From assembly GCF_003945235.1 (NCBI RefSeq), contig NZ_RSDW01000001.1:1230001-1262000 (forward strand): DNA of 32,000 nucleotides, read 5' to 3'. The notes under the pieces were generated by a model. It saw nothing but the letters and a program-made list of their open reading frames with translations, was not told the origin of the DNA and ran no database searches. This DNA comes from Edaphobacter aggregans (GTDB lineage: Bacteria > Acidobacteriota > Terriglobia > Terriglobales > Acidobacteriaceae). A program made the translations under genes and the position numbers. Shown here piece by piece: positions 31,201 through 32,000 of this stretch (the stretch's first letter is position 1; each line of letters starts with the position of its first letter).

Positions 31201-32000
31201 ACATGCCGAGAACGTTGGTGCCGAGCATAAAGAGGAACGGCTGCGCGATGCGGGTATCAAAGAACCTACGGTTGACCACGCCGCCCTTCGCCGTGACATC
31301 GAAGCTGCCGAACTTCGGATTGACCAGCGCGAGCATCGTAGGCAAAAAGATGTATGGCGCGAGTACCGTCTCATATATCTCGTTCCAGAACGAGTGGCGG
31401 TGTTGCCCCTGGATCCGCGAGTTCGTAATGTTAGACAGGATCAGGTGAGGCAGAGCATAGGCGAGGATCGCAGCCCAGTATCCGGGTACATTGACGTGCC
31501 CAAAGATGAGATAGATCAACGGCGCGGTCAAGAAGATCAACCGTGGAAACGCATAGAGGAAGTGCGACATCGCGTTGAAGTAGCAGAGCCGTTGCGCCGG
31601 CTTCAGCCCACGGGCAAAGAGAGGGTTGTCCGTGCGCATGATCTGAATCATGCCTCGGGCCCAACGAATGCGCTGTTTCACGTGTCCGCTGAGGCGCTCG
31701 GTTGCAAGACCGGCCGCCTGCGGGATGTTGATGTAGGCCGTATTCCAGCCGTTTATCTGCATGCGCAGCGAAGTGTGCGCGTCCTCGGTGACCGTCTCCA
31801 CGGCGATTCCGCCGATCTGGTTTAGTGCAGTACGGCGAAGGACTGCGCAGGAGCCGCAGAAGAATGTTGCATTCCAGAAGTCATTGCCGTCCTGCACGAT
31901 GCCATAGAAGAGTTCTCCTTCGTTGGGAATCACGCGGAACTGGCCCAAGTTGCGTTCGAACGGATCGGGCGAATAGAAGTGGTGCGGCGTCTGGAGCATC
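28277..32000 (-). CDS. bcsAB: Cellulose synthase catalytic subunit BcsA (GT2 + PilZ) fused in frame to BcsB; partial (N-terminus beyond the right window edge)
   Basis: BcsA part:
- QTPHHFYSPDPFERNLG and FFCGSCAVLRR.
- The TED motif (VTEDAHTSLRM, about 31757-31792).
- QRIRWARGMIQI (about 31640-31675).
- PilZ motifs RRQTVR and DLSSGG (about 30927-31055).

BcsB part:
- An N-terminal segment VFTLADIGVSETIVLRGVDAYHTVNFSLP...LKVSLNG.
- About 750 aa in total, ending in a C-terminal TM anchor (WLMVFFTVIFCFLMAAILRALLRRR).

There is no stop codon between the two parts. Confidence 0.92.
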   Translation of the reverse strand, partial: MLQTPHHFYSPDPFERNLGQFRVIPNEGELFYGIVQDGNDFWNATFFCGSCAVLRRTALNQIGGIAVETVTEDAHTSLRMQINGWNTAYINIPQAAGLATERLSGHVKQRIRWARGMIQIMRTDNPLFARGLKPAQRLCYFNAMSHFLYAFPRLIFLTAPLIYLIFGHVNVPGYWAAILAYALPHLILSNITNSRIQGQHRHSFWNEIYETVLAPYIFLPTMLALVNPKFGSFDVTAKGGVVNRRFFDTRIAQPFLFMLGTNVLGMLMAIPRFFYIPIPVISGLYDGTHPGTIVMNLIWVCFNIIILGVCTAVAWESQQRRQTVRVSMAVPSTIQLANGTAIQGVTSDLSSGGVMMRMSRDFTATPGDSIRMTFPVLDGEATLPATVISVSGNVLRAQFDPLSLQEEEALTMVLYSRADTWLNWGEARELDRPMRSLGRIFQLSMHGLSQTIRGLMKTKKSQPKGRLATSIAPLLFVLLLAGATRLAAQVRAIPNSSVQTDVNDTAQSGMEARPAAPGTFDNVFTLADIGVSETIVLRGVDAYHTVNFSLPQTQVVKTATMHLRYHFSPGLIPSLSHLKVSLNGTLFATLQVNTKQTPVNPSDAGTGSADNQANIIRNENNTLLEATLTLPAEMLVRNNQLTFEFIGHYTLDCEDPSHTTLWSHVDPTTTIELAGSLLPLHDDLKLLPLPFYDAAVNLRPVVPIVFLGQPSPKAVQAAGIVASWFGILTDFRAVRFPVSIGSNIPPGNVIVISENVAELPSTLKISPNSGPTIAMRSNPIDPYSKVLVLTGDNPDDLLTAALAMSLQRDLLQGDQVRISSLKMPAPREPDDAPRWMSTEKVTTLGDIAQTEDLQTDGSGPVTVYMRVPPALFYGAMRNLGFHLGYRYNGIPISNESTMQVYINDAFVSSTPLPHTEKASAHLETIVPIPVANMRPFSNTMMMRFIFLLAKKGRCEDTAPYNLQGAVLKDSYLDIRDIPHWAVMPNLELFSNAGYPFTRRADLTDTSVVLPDTPGPEEIETFLTFMGHFGGQTGYPVVNVTVTNAEGMKNDHHKDYLVIGTVDDSPALAKLNPSLPVMIDGSGLHIQDTQGFFAQMQHAWWKVHSSDRIQSGQLETAGGLPDALIEGIEWPNGSSRSVVIVALRDKTVVPNFLSVFLKTSQSSDISQSVSVLHGKRFVSYRIGNDVYWVGSLSWWIRLNMLFSEFQWLMVFFTVIFCFLMAAILRALLRRRARARLQGTVV

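Noticed and set aside
28844-31825. Plus-strand ORFs 28844-29833 (329 aa) and 30650-31825 (391 aa)
   Set aside because: They are antisense to bcsAB, whose identity is supported by the TED, QRxRW, PilZ and BcsB motifs. They have no motifs of their own.

Overview
A 32-kb bacterial chromosomal segment of roughly 60-65% G+C, judged from hand counts on sample lines. Protein families, codon style and REP-like hairpins suggest Acidobacteriota (Terriglobia-like), but that is only a guess. All family calls come from reading translations and motifs by eye; no HMM or BLAST search was possible.

I support 18 protein-coding genes. I found no rRNA, tRNA, CRISPR array, transposase or integrase.

Gene order, left to right:
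- A DUF4159-like gene on the minus strand that runs off the left edge and is absent from the ORF track.
- A secreted GH3+PA14 glycosidase (+).
- A lower-GC orphan secreted protein (+).
- A 0.7-kb non-coding spacer packed with stem-loops, a 76-bp direct repeat and an ATCCGT triplet.
- A Tat-exported multicopper oxidase (+).
- On the minus strand: an M48 protease, two GspG-like pseudopilins and a TPR-secretin-cohesin protein. The two pseudopilins and the secretin form a compact, translationally coupled cassette.
- smpB (+), pepA (+) and a TonB-C-like protein (+).
- On the minus strand: argS, a UPF0104-type membrane protein, two tandem DUF3857/transglutaminase-like paralogues, and a cellulose synthase operon bcsAB (fused, partial)-bcsZ-bcsC.

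Best candidates for something new:
1. The stand-alone secretin/pseudopilin cassette. It has an unusual TPR + secretin + cohesin-like architecture, atypical prepilin leaders, and no ATPase, platform or peptidase genes nearby.
2. The pair of transglutaminase-like paralogues downstream of bcs, one apparently active and one apparently inactive.
3. A strand-composition polarity switch at about 6.27 kb.
4. The hairpin- and repeat-rich spacer upstream of an oxidase that has a predicted Phe axial ligand.
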